Shown here in pieces: positions 1 to 13,292 of a stretch of DNA of 64,000 bases (position 1 is the first letter of the stretch; the number at the start of each line of letters is the position of its first letter). The position numbers and the translations under genes are program-made. The stretch comes from Ancylonema sp. (lineage: Eukaryota): NCBI GenBank assembly GCA_050230475.1, contig JBFLGF010000138.1:1-64000 (forward strand). The letters run 5' to 3'. Under the pieces are notes generated by a model. The model ran no database searches and had not been told where the DNA came from. It saw only the letters and a list, made by a program, of their open reading frames with translations.

Positions 1-386
1 CACACGTGGGACGCAAGCTTTCTGTGGATCCCGAAGGTCCTGCTGTACGTGCCAAATCCCGCTGTACGTGCCACATTCTCGGGTTATGGGTAAACAGAAG
101 AATGCCGTTATAAGGGTTCAAGAATTTCGCGCTACTTCCAAGGCAAGATTCGCGCTGCGAGGTAGGGAGAGGAGAGTAGGGAGGAGAGAGACAGAGAGGA
201 GAGGAGAGGGCGCGGTACGACGCGCAGGATGGTGCGCCGAAAAAGAGATATATGTTTTCGAACTAACGTAGGAGCTCCAACACTTCGAGTCTGATAGTAT
301 TCGCTAGTATCGGAAACGGTATCTAATTACATGAGTTCTTGCTCCTTTGCAAGCCTATTGTTTACCAAGTATAGCCGGACGATAGA

Positions 387-1600
387 ATGTTTCATAATAT
401 CCCAGCTTTCACCGTTTCCTCCGTTACCGACTCGAGAAAATTACTCGCAAGCCTTCGACGGTCCCCAAAATCAAATCCAGAAAGTGGTCCAAGGTCGAGA
501 TGGGGTGCTTGCACTCGTATTAGGGCTTCTAATCTTATTCGATTCGAAGATGGGATGTGCGTGAAGTGAGTTTCTCCACCTCGTATTGTTCTGAGATTCG
601 CATGAACCTATGTTTGGAGCGCAAACCACAACACGAAAATCGTCATGATCTCGTTCCAACTATTGCATCACATTCGCCTCCTCTTATCAATATACCGAAC
701 CGAAACCTGTACCTGAATTTGTACCTGTCCTGTCAAACTCCATAAGAACCAAGGAGTACGAAGCCTTGAAACTTCCCATCTCCTGTTCGCAATCTCCTGT
801 TCGCAAGGTACGTGGGAAGTAAGGAGGAAACCGAGTTTCTACACCACGAGGTCTTCAAAGAGCAGCAGTACCTCAAGCATGGGGTAACGGGTAGCGGGTA
901 ACGGATTGCGGGTTACGGGTGACGGGTAACGGGGCCTACCATCTCCCAGAATGTTTACCGAAACGCCATTTCTTCCTTGCCAGGTGTCCATCGGGGCGGG
1001 CGACACCGTGATCGACGTTGGTGCCAACATCGGCCTTTTCACTCTCTTCGCTGCCCAGGTAACACCCCATGAGCCCAGGATCCCATGAGGCCAGGAGCCC
1101 ATGAGCCAATTTGAGTGGAGCATTTCTTGGGTTCTGCATACATATTTTATAGTACCTGACCGACAGACAATATGTGAGGGCATGATGGCTAAGAGATTAG
1201 GTGACGTCACAGACAGAGGAAGGCCTCTTTTGACACACACACACACACGGGGAGACTGTATGCTGACGTCAGCGATGACGTGTCCACTTCCAGAGGTGCC
1301 CGGGCGGTGCTGTGTGGGCCTTGGAGCCAATCCCGTGCATCTTCCAAGCACTGGAGGAGAACTGTGGCAATGGGGGGAGCAAGCGGAAAGACACAGGTGG
1401 GATGCTGCACTGAAAAGGATATGCAGGGGTTTGGGGACGGGTACAGGTGTTGTGCCCCTCTGGAGCTACTCCTCGGCAGCCTCAGATTTGAGCACCGTAA
1501 CGTATTTACGCACCGAGCAGGTTTGGTTTGGTTTCACGTGCCGATGGATGCTCGCATACTTTTTCTCCCTTGTTTTTTTAAGTTTTTTTTTTTTTTTTTC

Positions 1601-1637
<37 letters not shown>

Positions 1638-3706
1638 TATTTTCCCTTCACACATTTTTTTTTGCATGTTTTTTACAGCTTACTTTCATTATTCCTCCAT
1701 TTTTGTGTGCAGCCAAAGTGAGGTGCATCAACGCGGGCATCGGGGATGGGTCCTCCAATGAGGTGAAGTCCAACCAAAGTACTACACCATCCATCATCTG
1801 CCACCTGTCACCTGCCGCCTGCCACATGCCACCCGTCACATGCCACCTGTCACATGCCACCTGTCCCATGCCAGCTGTCCATTCCCCCCATTTTCCAGAC
1901 TGACTTCACCTTCTACAAGAACGCCGTCGGGTGGAGCACCTCTCGTCCCGACGAATCCGAGGTGACGAAACATTCCCCGATTTCCACGAATCGCGGAATC
2001 CCCACCCGCCACCTCACCTCCCCCCCCTGACGTGTCGTGACGTGGCGCCGCCACGTGTCACGTGTTCAGATACGGAGTGCCATGCGGGTCTACCTCCACT
2101 CCCTCCGAATCCCTTCCGCCCCCTCCCCCCATCCCCTCCTGCTGGTCGAAGTGTTGAGGGCAGTCCCTGAGTGGGTGTACCAATTGGCGGGAGAATTGTT
2201 TATTGGGAGGAAACTGGCGGGGGGCGTGCAGGTAGGCGGTGGGAGCATGAAGCTTATTGGGTTGCTCATCGGTTTCGAATCCGTTTCGTATCGGTTTTCG
2301 GAACCGGATATTGGAGTGGGTCCTTTGCCTTCCTCATGACATGCTAGGCTGTAAGAAACCGAGGTTGGTTCCGATTTCGACCAGAAAGATGTTTTTTTTT
2401 TTTTTTTTTTTTTTTTCCCCTCCCTTTCCAGATTTTGACCACTCTTGAATTCATTTTTAGATTCTTGGTGGATTCTGGGGTGGAAAGTTCGTTAACAATT
2501 TTCCATTATGTCCCCCACCGCAGATAAGGTGTAAACTGATGAGTGTGTCGCAGCTGATGAGGGAAGAGGGGATCGAGTAAGTGCTGCCCCTCTAAACAGA
2601 TACCCCCTCAGAACTGATACCTCCTCAGAATTGGTACCTGTCAATACCCTCTGGTAACCTCTCACACCTGATAACTGCTCATGTCGCCATGAAACTCACC
2701 CAGAGATGGATCAAAGATCCCCCCCCCTTGTCGTCTCCCATCCGACCCTAAAAGCACCGAGGGCCATAATGGGAGTGGGAATGACAACCGTGACTTTTTC
2801 TGGGGGGGGTGGTTTTTGGGTATGAATGAACCTTTTTATTAGAGGAGGCAGTCGGTTTTCGTGATCTATCTTTTGTGAGTGCATGCATGCCTGCCTCTTA
2901 ATTGTTGTGGTACCAGGTTGTAGCAGTGGGGTACAATACGTTTTTTCTTCCTCGTGAAAGTAAACTGTTGTTCGTGCTACCACTCCATATTTTTTCAAGG
3001 GAATCGGGAAGAGAGAAGCAATTTGTAACACACCCAAAAAAAAAAAACGGAGTGACATGATCCGTTGCTTTGTCCCGCAGGTCAATTGATCTTCTGAAAA
3101 TAGATGTGGAACGCGCAGAAGTAGAAGTCTTGCATGGAATATTGGCTTCTGATTGGCCCAAAATTAGACAAGTGGCGATGGAAGTGCACGACATTGAAGG
3201 CGGATTGCAGACCGTTGTAAGAAAAGGGGAAGATGTGACTATTCATTACGACGACCATGTATGTTTTTTTTGTTTTTTGTTTTCTTTTTTTTTTCTTTTT
3301 GCCCCCCACCCCCCGTAATTCTTCGCAATTTTTACCAATTGCGAGAAAAGTCAAATTAGAGTAGAGTCAACTCTTCACAGACACCCCTTTGCATACGCAA
3401 AAAATGGAAGCAATCTCTCGACAATTCGAGCCAGATTGAGAGGTTATACAGAGGGACGTTGGTTGGAGGTGTATTTTCTTGCCCTTCGTGAATTGGCCAT
3501 TAAAAAAACCCACCAAAAATAAAAGGACACATTTCGCTTCACTTTTTTTTTTTTTTTTTTTTTTTCCCAACCCCCAGGTGGAGATGCTCGAGACGCGCGG
3601 AGGTTTTGAGAATGTGGTTGTGAGTCAAAGCCAGTTATTGAAGGGGAGTTCATTATACAATGTATTTGCTACAAGAAGGGGACATGATTCTAGTTGGAGT
3701 AGTTGA
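387..3706 (+). CDS. FkbM-family SAM-dependent methyltransferase with probable N-terminal plastid transit peptide (10 exons)
   Basis: Exons 387-565, 808-883, 984-1058, 1294-1396, 1713-1762, 1899-1961, 2070-2231, 2524-2576, 3081-3216, 3578-3706 join in frame through GT-AG introns. Motifs: ETEFLHHEVF, SAM-binding VIDVGANIGLF, ALEPIP, IDLLKIDVERAE, DWPKIRQVAMEVHD, LYNVFATR. Exon 1 is Ser/Arg-rich and contains an IRA-S motif. Confidence 0.9.
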
Positions 3707-6387
3707 CTTTTATACATATGTGAGCTACCTTCGTGGGAACCATAATTGCTGCTCGGGTTCGGGGTCAAGTTTGGATTGGGTACCCGAACATTCCGTTCGG
3801 AACGTGTTATATACAAGTCCGCCGAGGTCAACTTCGGACTTCAAGAAAGGTTCTCTAGTTTCTGTAATTATTGTTGGTTCTATTATATTTACTTTTTCCA
3901 ACACGAGATGCGGATAATTGTCTACACAAACCTCGATAAGTTTACTACGAACAATAGGATACTAAACGATTGAATCGAGGTAGTCAATTGGAATTTACCC
4001 ACGTATATCCATTTTTATAGATCAATTTAAACTTTAAAAAAGAACATGCTTGTCGTAATTTTTATTTTTCTCATGTTTAGTTACGCATGTGTGACTATTG
4101 GTAATCATTTGCAACCGTTCGCGTATTTTACCTCGGTGACTATACAACACCGGACTCAAAGCACATAAAAAGTATTGTCTTCGAACATTTTGTTAAAAAC
4201 GCAGATGGCCAACATTGAACGCCGATGGCCCATTTGAAGGCTAATCTCACCTTTAAAATGTGCGTGCACGAATGAGACTCCTCGGTGTTTATGGAGAATA
4301 TATTTTGTTTATCAGACTTCACGGTACAACATGGGAGGTGCGGCTCGAGTGAATGCATCTCAACGTGCGGCCTCATTGCTCACATCGAAATATCGCACGC
4401 TACCTTGCCGATTGCAAAAAATCAATGCAATGCATCAATGCACCGCGTTTCGGGTTCTTGCGTTGTAGAAACCAGGGCTACCACTTGGCAACTTTTCCAC
4501 AATCATCAAGCAAAGTGCGCTAGTGGTGGATCTCTCTCACCGCAAAAATTGGTAGGATGCAGCCTTCTTGGATTCCCCTCAAATCAATAGAAAGGTGGTC
4601 ACGTAGTAATGTTGACCCTTGGATGTAAGTCCCGGACGCGCTCGTCCCGGACGCGTCCGGAGATCCCCGGATGCGTCCTGACCCAACTATAAAGTTAATC
4701 ATAATACATCACAAACTACGCAAAGGGTCCCGTCTCGTGCACCATCATAGTTCATTGCATCATGTACAACTAATGCTTTCGAGATTTGTAGCATCCGTGG
4801 GTTGTGGTGTTGAAAGAACAACTCAAATTCTTCAGTGGGGCCTCAACACATCTCTCTCGTCCGCAATCCTCGAGCTCCTCTTGCAACCACTCCTCTCTGC
4901 TATGTTGTTCGCCACTCAACTCGTTAGAAACGCGACTTCGTACACAATTCCACCCTTTCACACACCCAATTGAACTTGTAAGCAAATCAAAAAGAGGTCC
5001 CCTGAAGCTTTCAATTTACCCCCAAATCTACTTATTGTCTCTTAGTGGACTAAGACAAATCCATGAAGGTGTCCCCCCAATCTTCCCCCGCTTTAGTTGG
5101 CCTTCATAAGTCCCCATTGCATGCTCTCAATGACTTGTTTGCAGCCTCTAGCATGTCCACTTTCAATATAGTATTCTGACTCCGAGGACCCCGAAGTCCT
5201 CCAATTGGAATCTTTTCGAATTGGACTCAAAGAGCCATGATTGTATGTTTCTGCAATGCACCCGGCGTTAGAGACTTCTGACGTCATTAGGATACATGAG
5301 CCTATATCCTCAACTAACGCCTTCCCGTCTCTCCTTCTCTCTATCTCTCCCTCACCGTCACTATTGCACTCAAGGCATTTTTTGGAGTTTCCTTCTCACT
5401 CGTTCGGATGCTACTTACCACATATCATAAAATAGGTTAATGTGAGAGACTTCATCAGAGGCTCCGCGTTGACCACCGATGCCTTTGGCATCGCCATTGG
5501 AGTCCGTTACATCCTTTCGACGCATCGCCCGTCGAATGGGCGATGCGTCGAAAGGAACTATTTTTTCTTAAAAAGAGTTGACCCCAAAGGGGTTAACTCT
5601 TCACTTATTAATGTTACTTTTGTTCCCCGAGTTATCCCAGGACAGGTTCACCTCTTGTGCATGAGAAAGTCGAGCATTACTCAAGGGTGTACGGAAACAC
5701 ACACTATCATGGAACACATATGGTCCATGATGATGTTCCACATATAATGTCACCCTTTTTCATATTGATACATTTTCCTCCACCGTGGCAGCAGTGAGCG
5801 TTTGAATGCCCATTGTTTTGGTGCAAATGCCATGATGGATTATATATTTTTCGTGTATTCGAGATGTATTCGAGTCAATGAGTCGGATTTCCATTTTCCT
5901 TTCTCGTCATGCTGGGGTGTAGCTAGGGTAATACAGTAGTTGGGGTGCATATAGCAAATCTGAAGATCAGGCGAGCGTGTACGCTCATGTCCCTACCGTC
6001 ATGTGTGTTGCATGCTAAATGTCTTATATTGAACATGCTGTGTTGAGGCAATACTCATTTTGGGGTGTCGATTTCCGGGTGTCGACTGAGTATGGTCAAT
6101 GAGAATACATAAATAAAGGCATTGGGATTCATCCCAAATTCAATGTCGCATTGACCTATCCGGATTCATAGTCTCCTAATCACCCTCTAATGTTATCTCG
6201 AAAACTGACAAGTCTTTAGCTCTACACAAAACAACCAAGCTCTCTTTGCGACTTTGATGGTCCTCAGAATATTGAACTTAAAAGACGCCGAAGGCAAGCC
6301 TCTAGGTGCCCACTCGAACTATTCCTACCCACCTACCCAATACCCACCTACCCATTTCCCACCTTCCATTCCAACTCCCCTTCTCGT

Positions 6388-9300
6388 TCACTGTTCAATG
6401 GGTTGCACCGCCAACGTAGACCTCACAATGTAATCCCCGTTGGACCAAACGAATGACCCGAACACAAACTCCGCACTCGGCTCGACCACGGTTACAGTAA
6501 CGTTAAAGGAGGCGGAACCGCCGCGTTTCACGCTCATACTCCTCGGCGCGATCGACACCTCGACCCCGGCGGGGGCCTCGATCTCGACCGTGAACTCGTC
6601 GCCCCCCTTCTCCGCGACACTGATAACCGTTCTACGAACCGTGGCGCTACCCTTGAGGTTGGACACGGCAATATTCGGCAGGTTGAGGTCCCTGGGCGCA
6701 ACCGTGTGGGGGGGGGGCGGCATGCCCGAGAGCTGCAACGCCTTGTCGGCAGAAACGTAATAGAGGAACCCGATGTAGTCTTCGAAGTTGGACGGGTAAA
6801 CGAGCCCCGGGTCTGTCACGTTGACCGGATTGATTTGACCGGAACCGTAGTCGAAGGGCGACCCGGGTATCGAGGGAGGCGATCCGGGTATGATCTTCCC
6901 CCGGTTGTTCCGGACGACCGCCGTGGTTTGGATCGCGGACTTGATCCAAAACGGATCCCAATCCGGATGCGCCTGTCGCACTAGCGCCCCTATTCCTGCC
7001 ACATGGGGGGACGCCATAGAGGTCCCGGAAATGAGGTTGAAGTAGAACTGCCTCGGGTCGCCATGTGGCGAGTAGCCCGCCCACACGCTGACACCTGGCG
7101 CGGACACGTCAGGCTTCAGGATGTCGTTGGCCGAGGGGTAGAATGATCGCGAGGGGGACTCCACGGGGCCCCGGGACGAAAAGTCAATGATTGTTGGGGC
7201 CTCGCTGCCGAAATTCGTTTTTTGACCCGAGATGGTGCCGACAGGCCTAGGGGGTGCGGACCATTGGGGGTGCGCCACGTCATCAGGTCGGTAGGTACAT
7301 GGTTATAGGATCATTCCGAGTTTAAGTCTTTTTGTAGTAACACGAAAAATCTCTTGAGTAGTATAACACTTCACTTTGTGCAGGTATCTGTATCACGAGG
7401 ATGAAAGTAAAAAGTACATAGAGAAAAAAGAAAAGGAAAATCCGGCAAAACATTCCTCACTGTACCCTGTCCCCTGTCCCCTGTACCCTGTTCCCTGGGT
7501 GACCATCCACAAAACCCACAAAGTATCCCCCCGTCCCCCACGCAGTCGCCCCCCTCACTTGTCCGTCTCGTTCAGGTACGCCATGATTGCCACTCCGTCC
7601 TCGTACAAAACATGCATCGCCGTCAGCGTGTGTATGTCAGTGATCAGACCCTCCTTCACGTTGTCGGTCCACAGCACCATCCCCGCCCCCCCCGCCTCCA
7701 ACACCGCCTCCCCCTTGTTCACACGACCGTTGCCACCACGCTGACACAACACAATCTTTCCAAACACTTTCTCGGGGTCCAGGGCACCCTTCACGCACCA
7801 GTTGCCCTGGCAAACACACACCAGACCCCCCCACTCCCCCCCTTGGCAACCAACCAACCTACCGACCGACCAACTAATCAATTTACCAACCAACCCAGCG
7901 ACCAATTTAAAAATCAACCCACCCACCAACCAACCAACCAACCAGCCCATAAAGCAACCTACCCCCCCATAATCGAATCCTAGATTCGTACCTCTGCAGC
8001 ATCGTGACCCGATTTGACGACACTCCCTCCCCACACTAGCTCCACAGCCTCCTCCTCCCCCCCTCCTGCCTGCAGCTGGGCGGGGCGGTGGTTGCCCAGT
8101 ATGGAGAAGGAGGAGGAGGGTGGGGGGGGTGCATAGAGCGCCTGCCCGCTGTACACGGCCCCGTTGCCCAATACAATCTCACGAACGTATTCGCGGTCGT
8201 GGGTGCTGAAGGGGGGGGGAGGAGGTCAGAAAGGGGGGGGGGGGAGAGAAAGAAAGAAAAAAGAAAGAACGAACGGAAGAGTAAAATATAGGTATATAGG
8301 GGAGGGGGGGAGAAGAGGAAGGAAATAATATGAATTAGGGTGAATTTTGTGCCTTGAGAGGCGCCCTCCTACCTTGCCGCCACGGATAGATACCACGGTG
8401 CCACGTGGCTCAACGTCACTGGCTCCGGTCCCTCGTTGCCGGCGGAGGCGGAGACAAACACGCCCGCCCGGGCTGCAGCATGTGACATCAGCAGGATGAC
8501 GTCAGCATCCCCTCCCCCCCCCCCCAGTTCCCTGTTTTCTGCTGGAAGATTCCTGGCGGGGAGATTTTGTTACCCGCATAGAGCACCCCCAGCGCCCAGA
8601 TGTCGAAGAAGTCGTCGCTGGGGCCGATGGAGTAGTTGATGACGTCCACGCCGTCACCTGGCCGTACATCCGTACAGCCGTAAGGTCAACACGTATCCTC
8701 CTCACTGTAGTATTCCTTAATTTTGTTTCTTGCTTCAGATTTGCGAGATGTGTTTTTTTGCCTGTGTTTGTTTTTTTTTTCGTTTTTTGTCCCCCTGATT
8801 TCAGAAAATTTGATGTCACTGTATCCAGGTGGCACAAAATAGGGGTAACGCGTATATGGAATTAGTGGAAAAATAATAAAGCAGAAAGTTATCCCACTAC
8901 CGGAGGTGTCCCTATAACGGGGTTTGCTCTGACATTGTACTCACTGACAGCATCATCCAGAGCCGCTAGTAGATCGACAGCTGTCCCATAGTCACTGCCC
9001 GGGTACAGCTTGCCGCTTGTCCACAGCCCCTTGTACGCTGCGATACGCGCCCTGGGAGCCATACCTGGCAGAAAACGACACGTGGCACCCGCTCAGTACC
9101 TCACGGAAAACACCCCAAAAAAAATAAAAAACACGGGAAAAAAAAAAATAATAAAAAAAAGAAGATGGAAAAAATCGAGAAAAAAACCCGGGAAAAATCG
9201 AAAAAGTCGAGAAACCGGAAAAAACAATCGAGTGTAATGGACATCGGAAACCGGAGGAATGCCGGGTAGAGAACCTGAGATGGCCCCGTATTCCACCCCG

Positions 9301-11462
9301 GGGGTGATACCCGTGACCCGCACCCCGTAGTTCCCCCCTGCAGTAGAGGCGGTGTGGGTCCCATGCCCATGGAAATCCCTGGGGGAGTACAGGTCAGCAC
9401 TCGTGTCCACCGTGTCGTTATCTGCCAGAATCCCCGCCACGTAAAACTTTGCGCCGATGAGTTTGTTGTTGCAAACAAATTGCGGGTCTGCCAGGTCACA
9501 ACTCCCCCTCCACGGCCGGCTCAGGTGGATGTCGCTGTACGGGGCGCCGATCTGCCAGGTGGTTTGCAACAGAGGGGTGGTGGTGAGTGTAGGTGGGGGG
9601 TTCGCATCCTCTGTGTGGGCACCTGTTTTTTTTCTTTTTTTCGGTTGCGGTCTGTTTCGGTGCCTGTAGCGAGGATGGGTGTGTGCCTTTCCAGAGGGTA
9701 GACTTTGTGGGAGAATCGCGAACTCCGTTACCAGATCCTGGTACTGTTCTATGGTGTGTGTGTGCCTATACAAAGGTGTGCCTGTAGAGGTGAACAACTG
9801 CGCCCAAACTAAACCTGGGACCACTAGACTGCTCTCAGTGGGGGATGAGGAAAAAAAGTGCGGAAACAATCCGGGTGCCAGCTGTCACCTTGTCCGAGAA
9901 GCTGGGATGGTCGGGCGTGATCCCCGTGTCGATGACGCCGATGATGACGTCATCCCCCGCCTTCTCCCTCCCCCCCGCCCCCCTCCACAGCGAGTCCGGG
10001 ATGTTCAAAAAGTCGGGGGTGTGGGGGGTGTGGGGGAAGCAGCGCTTGTTTTCGACCACCTGGACTGTAGACGGGTGGGCTTTGAGGAGGGCGACTTCGG
10101 AGGGGGAGAGGGCGGCTGCAAAGGCGTTCAGGGTGTACTTGTAGCTGGGGGGGGGGGGGTTGGGGAAGGTGGTAGTGGTTGGGCGCAGAAGGCAGACAAA
10201 ATGTGAAATGTGAAATGTGAAATATGGAGGAGTGTTGAAATGTTCGGTAATTGGGGGGGGACTGGGGTGAGGGGGGGGGGGGGGGTGAGTTGGTTTGTTC
10301 GGTAGGGGTTGTGGAGACTTGGGGGGGGGGGTAATGTTACTTTTTCTTTCCTTTTCTTTTCTTTCCCCTGTGGCTTCTGAGATACCCCCCCCCCCCGTGA
10401 ACGAATTCGGAATGAGTACATATCTGGGCGGGAATAGTAGGGTAGGATGACTAGAGAGGGGCCCTGGGCCCTGGCCCTGGGTTTCAGGACTGCCTATCGT
10501 GTGGATTCCCGATATACCGTGAGTACACTTACCTGTACAGCTTGCGTTCGGAAGGTACCCCGAAGCTTCCCAGCAGCTCGTCGTGTGCGGCCACCAGGTG
10601 GTTGGCGTACAGCTGGACGTGGGGCAGGCCGGAATCTAGCTTCTGCCCGGGTTCCGGGGCAGTGCCGAGGAAATTTTCGTGGCTGCCCGAGTAGGCGGCT
10701 GCTGGAGGGAGGTTGTTGAGCAGCACGGCGTAGGCTGCGGAGGGCGGGGGTGGGGTCGAGGGAGGGGGTGGGGGTGAGGGTGGGGGCGGGGTTGGGGAAG
10801 GTGGTAGTGGTTGGGCGCAGAAGGCAGACAAAATGTGAAATGTGAAATGTGAAATATGGAGGAGTGTTGAAATGTTCGGTAATTGGTGTGGTGTAGCACA
10901 TCAAAGTGTAGGATTAAGTTGAAGGTTCGGTTTGGGAGCAAAAGGCTTCGTACGGTAGCCGACAGAAACGACAAATCAGGTGGCGACATAGGATGATCTG
11001 AGAGTTGATTTCCGAAGACCGGAGTGGCAGACCGGAGTGGACATCATTTCATGCAGTTGTACGAGAACGGTCGGACGCCGCACATTGTACGGTCGGGATT
11101 TCAGAGAAGGCTGCTGAACCAAAAAAACTCAGCAGTGCATTTGTCATAGTGGAACGGAGACAATGCAGCACACTGCAGATAGAATCCGATTCAGTAGGAG
11201 TCTAGCTGAGCTTATGGGTAGACAACGAATAGGGTTGATACTCAAAGTAGCCATTTTTTTCGCGATGCGGCACAGACGACAGCTCAGCACATCGACAAGC
11301 ACGGACGCACGACACACAATCGCGACAGCTGAAAGTCCAGCTAAAAGTGAACCCGAGCCGACCTTTTGTTCCAGGCCAGTGTTTGGCGTGCGTTGTCCCA
11401 GAGACGGCGAGAATGACCGAGAGAACGAAGATCACCCCGGGGCTCCTCTGAACGCCTTTCAT
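6388..11462 (-). CDS. Secreted subtilisin-like serine protease (S8A, plant SBT type: signal peptide, I9 prodomain, catalytic, PA, Fn3 domains; 10 exons)
   Basis: Exons 11462-11363, 10734-10533, 10144-9889, 9551-9275, 9064-8945, 8657-8574, 8472-8373, 8205-7992, 7806-7559, 7246-6388 with consistent phases. Catalytic triad motifs IIGVIDTG, HGHGTHTAST, ISGTSMASPHVAG; oxyanion SAGNEGP; CNNKLIGAK; PA domain GKIVLCQRG; hydrophobic N-terminus. Confidence 0.95.
10156..10254. repeat. Intronic ~99 bp direct repeat, copy 1 (3' end of subtilase intron 2)
   Basis: ggggttggggaaggtggtagtgg...gaaatgttcggtaattgg is identical to 10788-10886. Confidence 0.9.
10788..10886. repeat. Intronic ~99 bp direct repeat, copy 2 (near 3' end of subtilase intron 1)
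   Basis: Identical to 10156-10254. Confidence 0.9.
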
Positions 11463-11912
11463 GGCTCAGCTACTTGCGACAGCTACTAGCGATTACCACT
11501 TGTTACTTGTTCCCGCGTATCACTTCAAGGCTAGCAGTGTCTCCCCGTCAAAAGAACTGGTACGGCCGTGATACAGAAAGTACTTTCTCGTTCCAGATTC
11601 AAGCCCCCTGGACATGCGCGGTGAATTGCGAGCTCCCCTCTTTGAAAGTTTTTGGGGGGAGTTCGGGGGCAGACGACTGCACTACGCGATCCTTACAGAT
11701 CCGTACAGATGACTGTCAGACTGAACAGAAAAGCGAAATCACGTGTCAGACGATTCCCGACGATGCGGAAAGATTGTCTTACAACCGTTCGATTGACCGT
11801 TCCGATTCTTGCCAAAGCGATGTCGTTGACGTAAAAATTAATGTGCTGCCAACCCAAAGCGGCCCCCTACCCAATCCCTCTTCTAGTCAACCCCTTTCGA
11901 TTCTACAAGCTA

Positions 11913-13292
11913 CAGTGCCCCCTCGATATAAGAACACTCTTTATAAAGACAACCTCGATATAAGGACAGATTTTGTTGGAACTTTGTTAAATGCAATGCA
12001 AAATCGCCCTCGATATAAGCATAACGATACTCTATATAATGACAGATTATTTCAAAAAATTGTTAGAGAATGTCCTCGTACTGTGTATAGAACGTTGTTT
12101 CTTGCATATATTGAAAGTTTGTTAAGCCATATTGAAAGTTGTTGATGACAATCTTTGAATCTATTTCAAATCATGAAAATGTACACGAGGATTTGGATAA
12201 ATCTGGTTTGTTGGAATGTATGAGGATTGTGTATGTTGTTTGCGGTTCACAATTTGGACTACTGTGGTTCTCTTCGTGACAAGTATTGGTTTGTCTTGCC
12301 GTTCAATAATTATCCATGTTGTTCATAATCATTGTGTTTACTCCATGTCCAACAAAATATGCGAGGAATTTGACGCAAAGTACGACCTTGATACTCCCCA
12401 ACTCTCCTCGTAAAGTTGGTTGATTGTTGTTTGTTAGTCGCAATGAATGGGTCTCATTACACACTTGTATAGCTTCCATCACAACACCCACGCTGAGTTG
12501 GATGATGATGCCAAGGCAACTTACTTTAGGCAACAAGTGAACAGCATGTTTGCTTATTTACTTTGCTTCATTCTCGAAGTCCCTCAATACAAAGACACGC
12601 ATTTTAAAATCTAGTGGTGAATGATCTTGTACAGTCTAACGTGCCTTAATTATTTTTTTGTTAATTTCTAACCTCTCTCAATTGAAAAAAAAATCCGGTC
12701 CCGACCTTGGGCGAGTGTAATAATTAATAAACCTCTTAAACGTGATAACTAATTATTTCCCCCTGTCCCGCCTATATGCTGATTAACGTGCTAATTAATA
12801 ATGATCGGAACTCGTACGTATCCGTTTAAAAAATTGTACGAATAAGGAATTCCAAATGTGAGGGAGGGGGGATTGAAGGAAAAAAAAACCCGAAAAAAAA
12901 ACGGGTTGAATAACAAAAACCCGAATTCTGAAGAAAAAAAAAAAAAAAAAAAAAGGTTATTTTTGGGAGTAATGCGGGGTTCAAATATGTTGGGTTGGCT
13001 CATGTTAGAACTACGTCTATATCATTATAAATATGATTATGACTACGTAAAAAATCACGTTTGGGTTGATTCCGACCTTGATATTAGCCCGTTGCACCTC
13101 GTATTCACATAGAAGCTGGTTGCATGTCATTCAGAACCGATTCAGTCTTAGGTAATAACCTGTCTTAATTAACAATATTTTCCGGTCCCGACATTATTAA
13201 TTAAGACAGGTTTTATTGTACAGTGTATAAAGATACCTCGATATAAGGACATTTTTTTGGTTTTTTTTGGTCCTTATATCGAGGGAGCGCTG
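11913..13292. mobile_element. Non-autonomous Tc1/mariner (pogo-like) DNA transposon
   Basis: TIRs cagtgccccctcgatataag / cttatatcgagggagcgctg (2 mismatches), TA on both sides, subterminal repeats of cctcgatataag; no intact transposase. Confidence 0.85.
12632..13218. mobile_element. Nested pogo-like MITE inside 11913-13292
   Basis: Imperfect TIRs cagtctaacgtgccttaatta / taattaagacaggttttattg (16/21), TA on both sides, internal repeated ccggtcccgac and cttaatta motifs. Confidence 0.6.

Noticed and set aside
4690..5950. Possibly decayed coding or transposon sequence next to a gtcccggacgc repeat also seen at 20802-20886
   Set aside because: Many stops and no recognisable domain.
11474..12145. 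223-aa ORF upstream of the subtilase
   Set aside because: Runs across a MITE boundary and has no recognisable motif.
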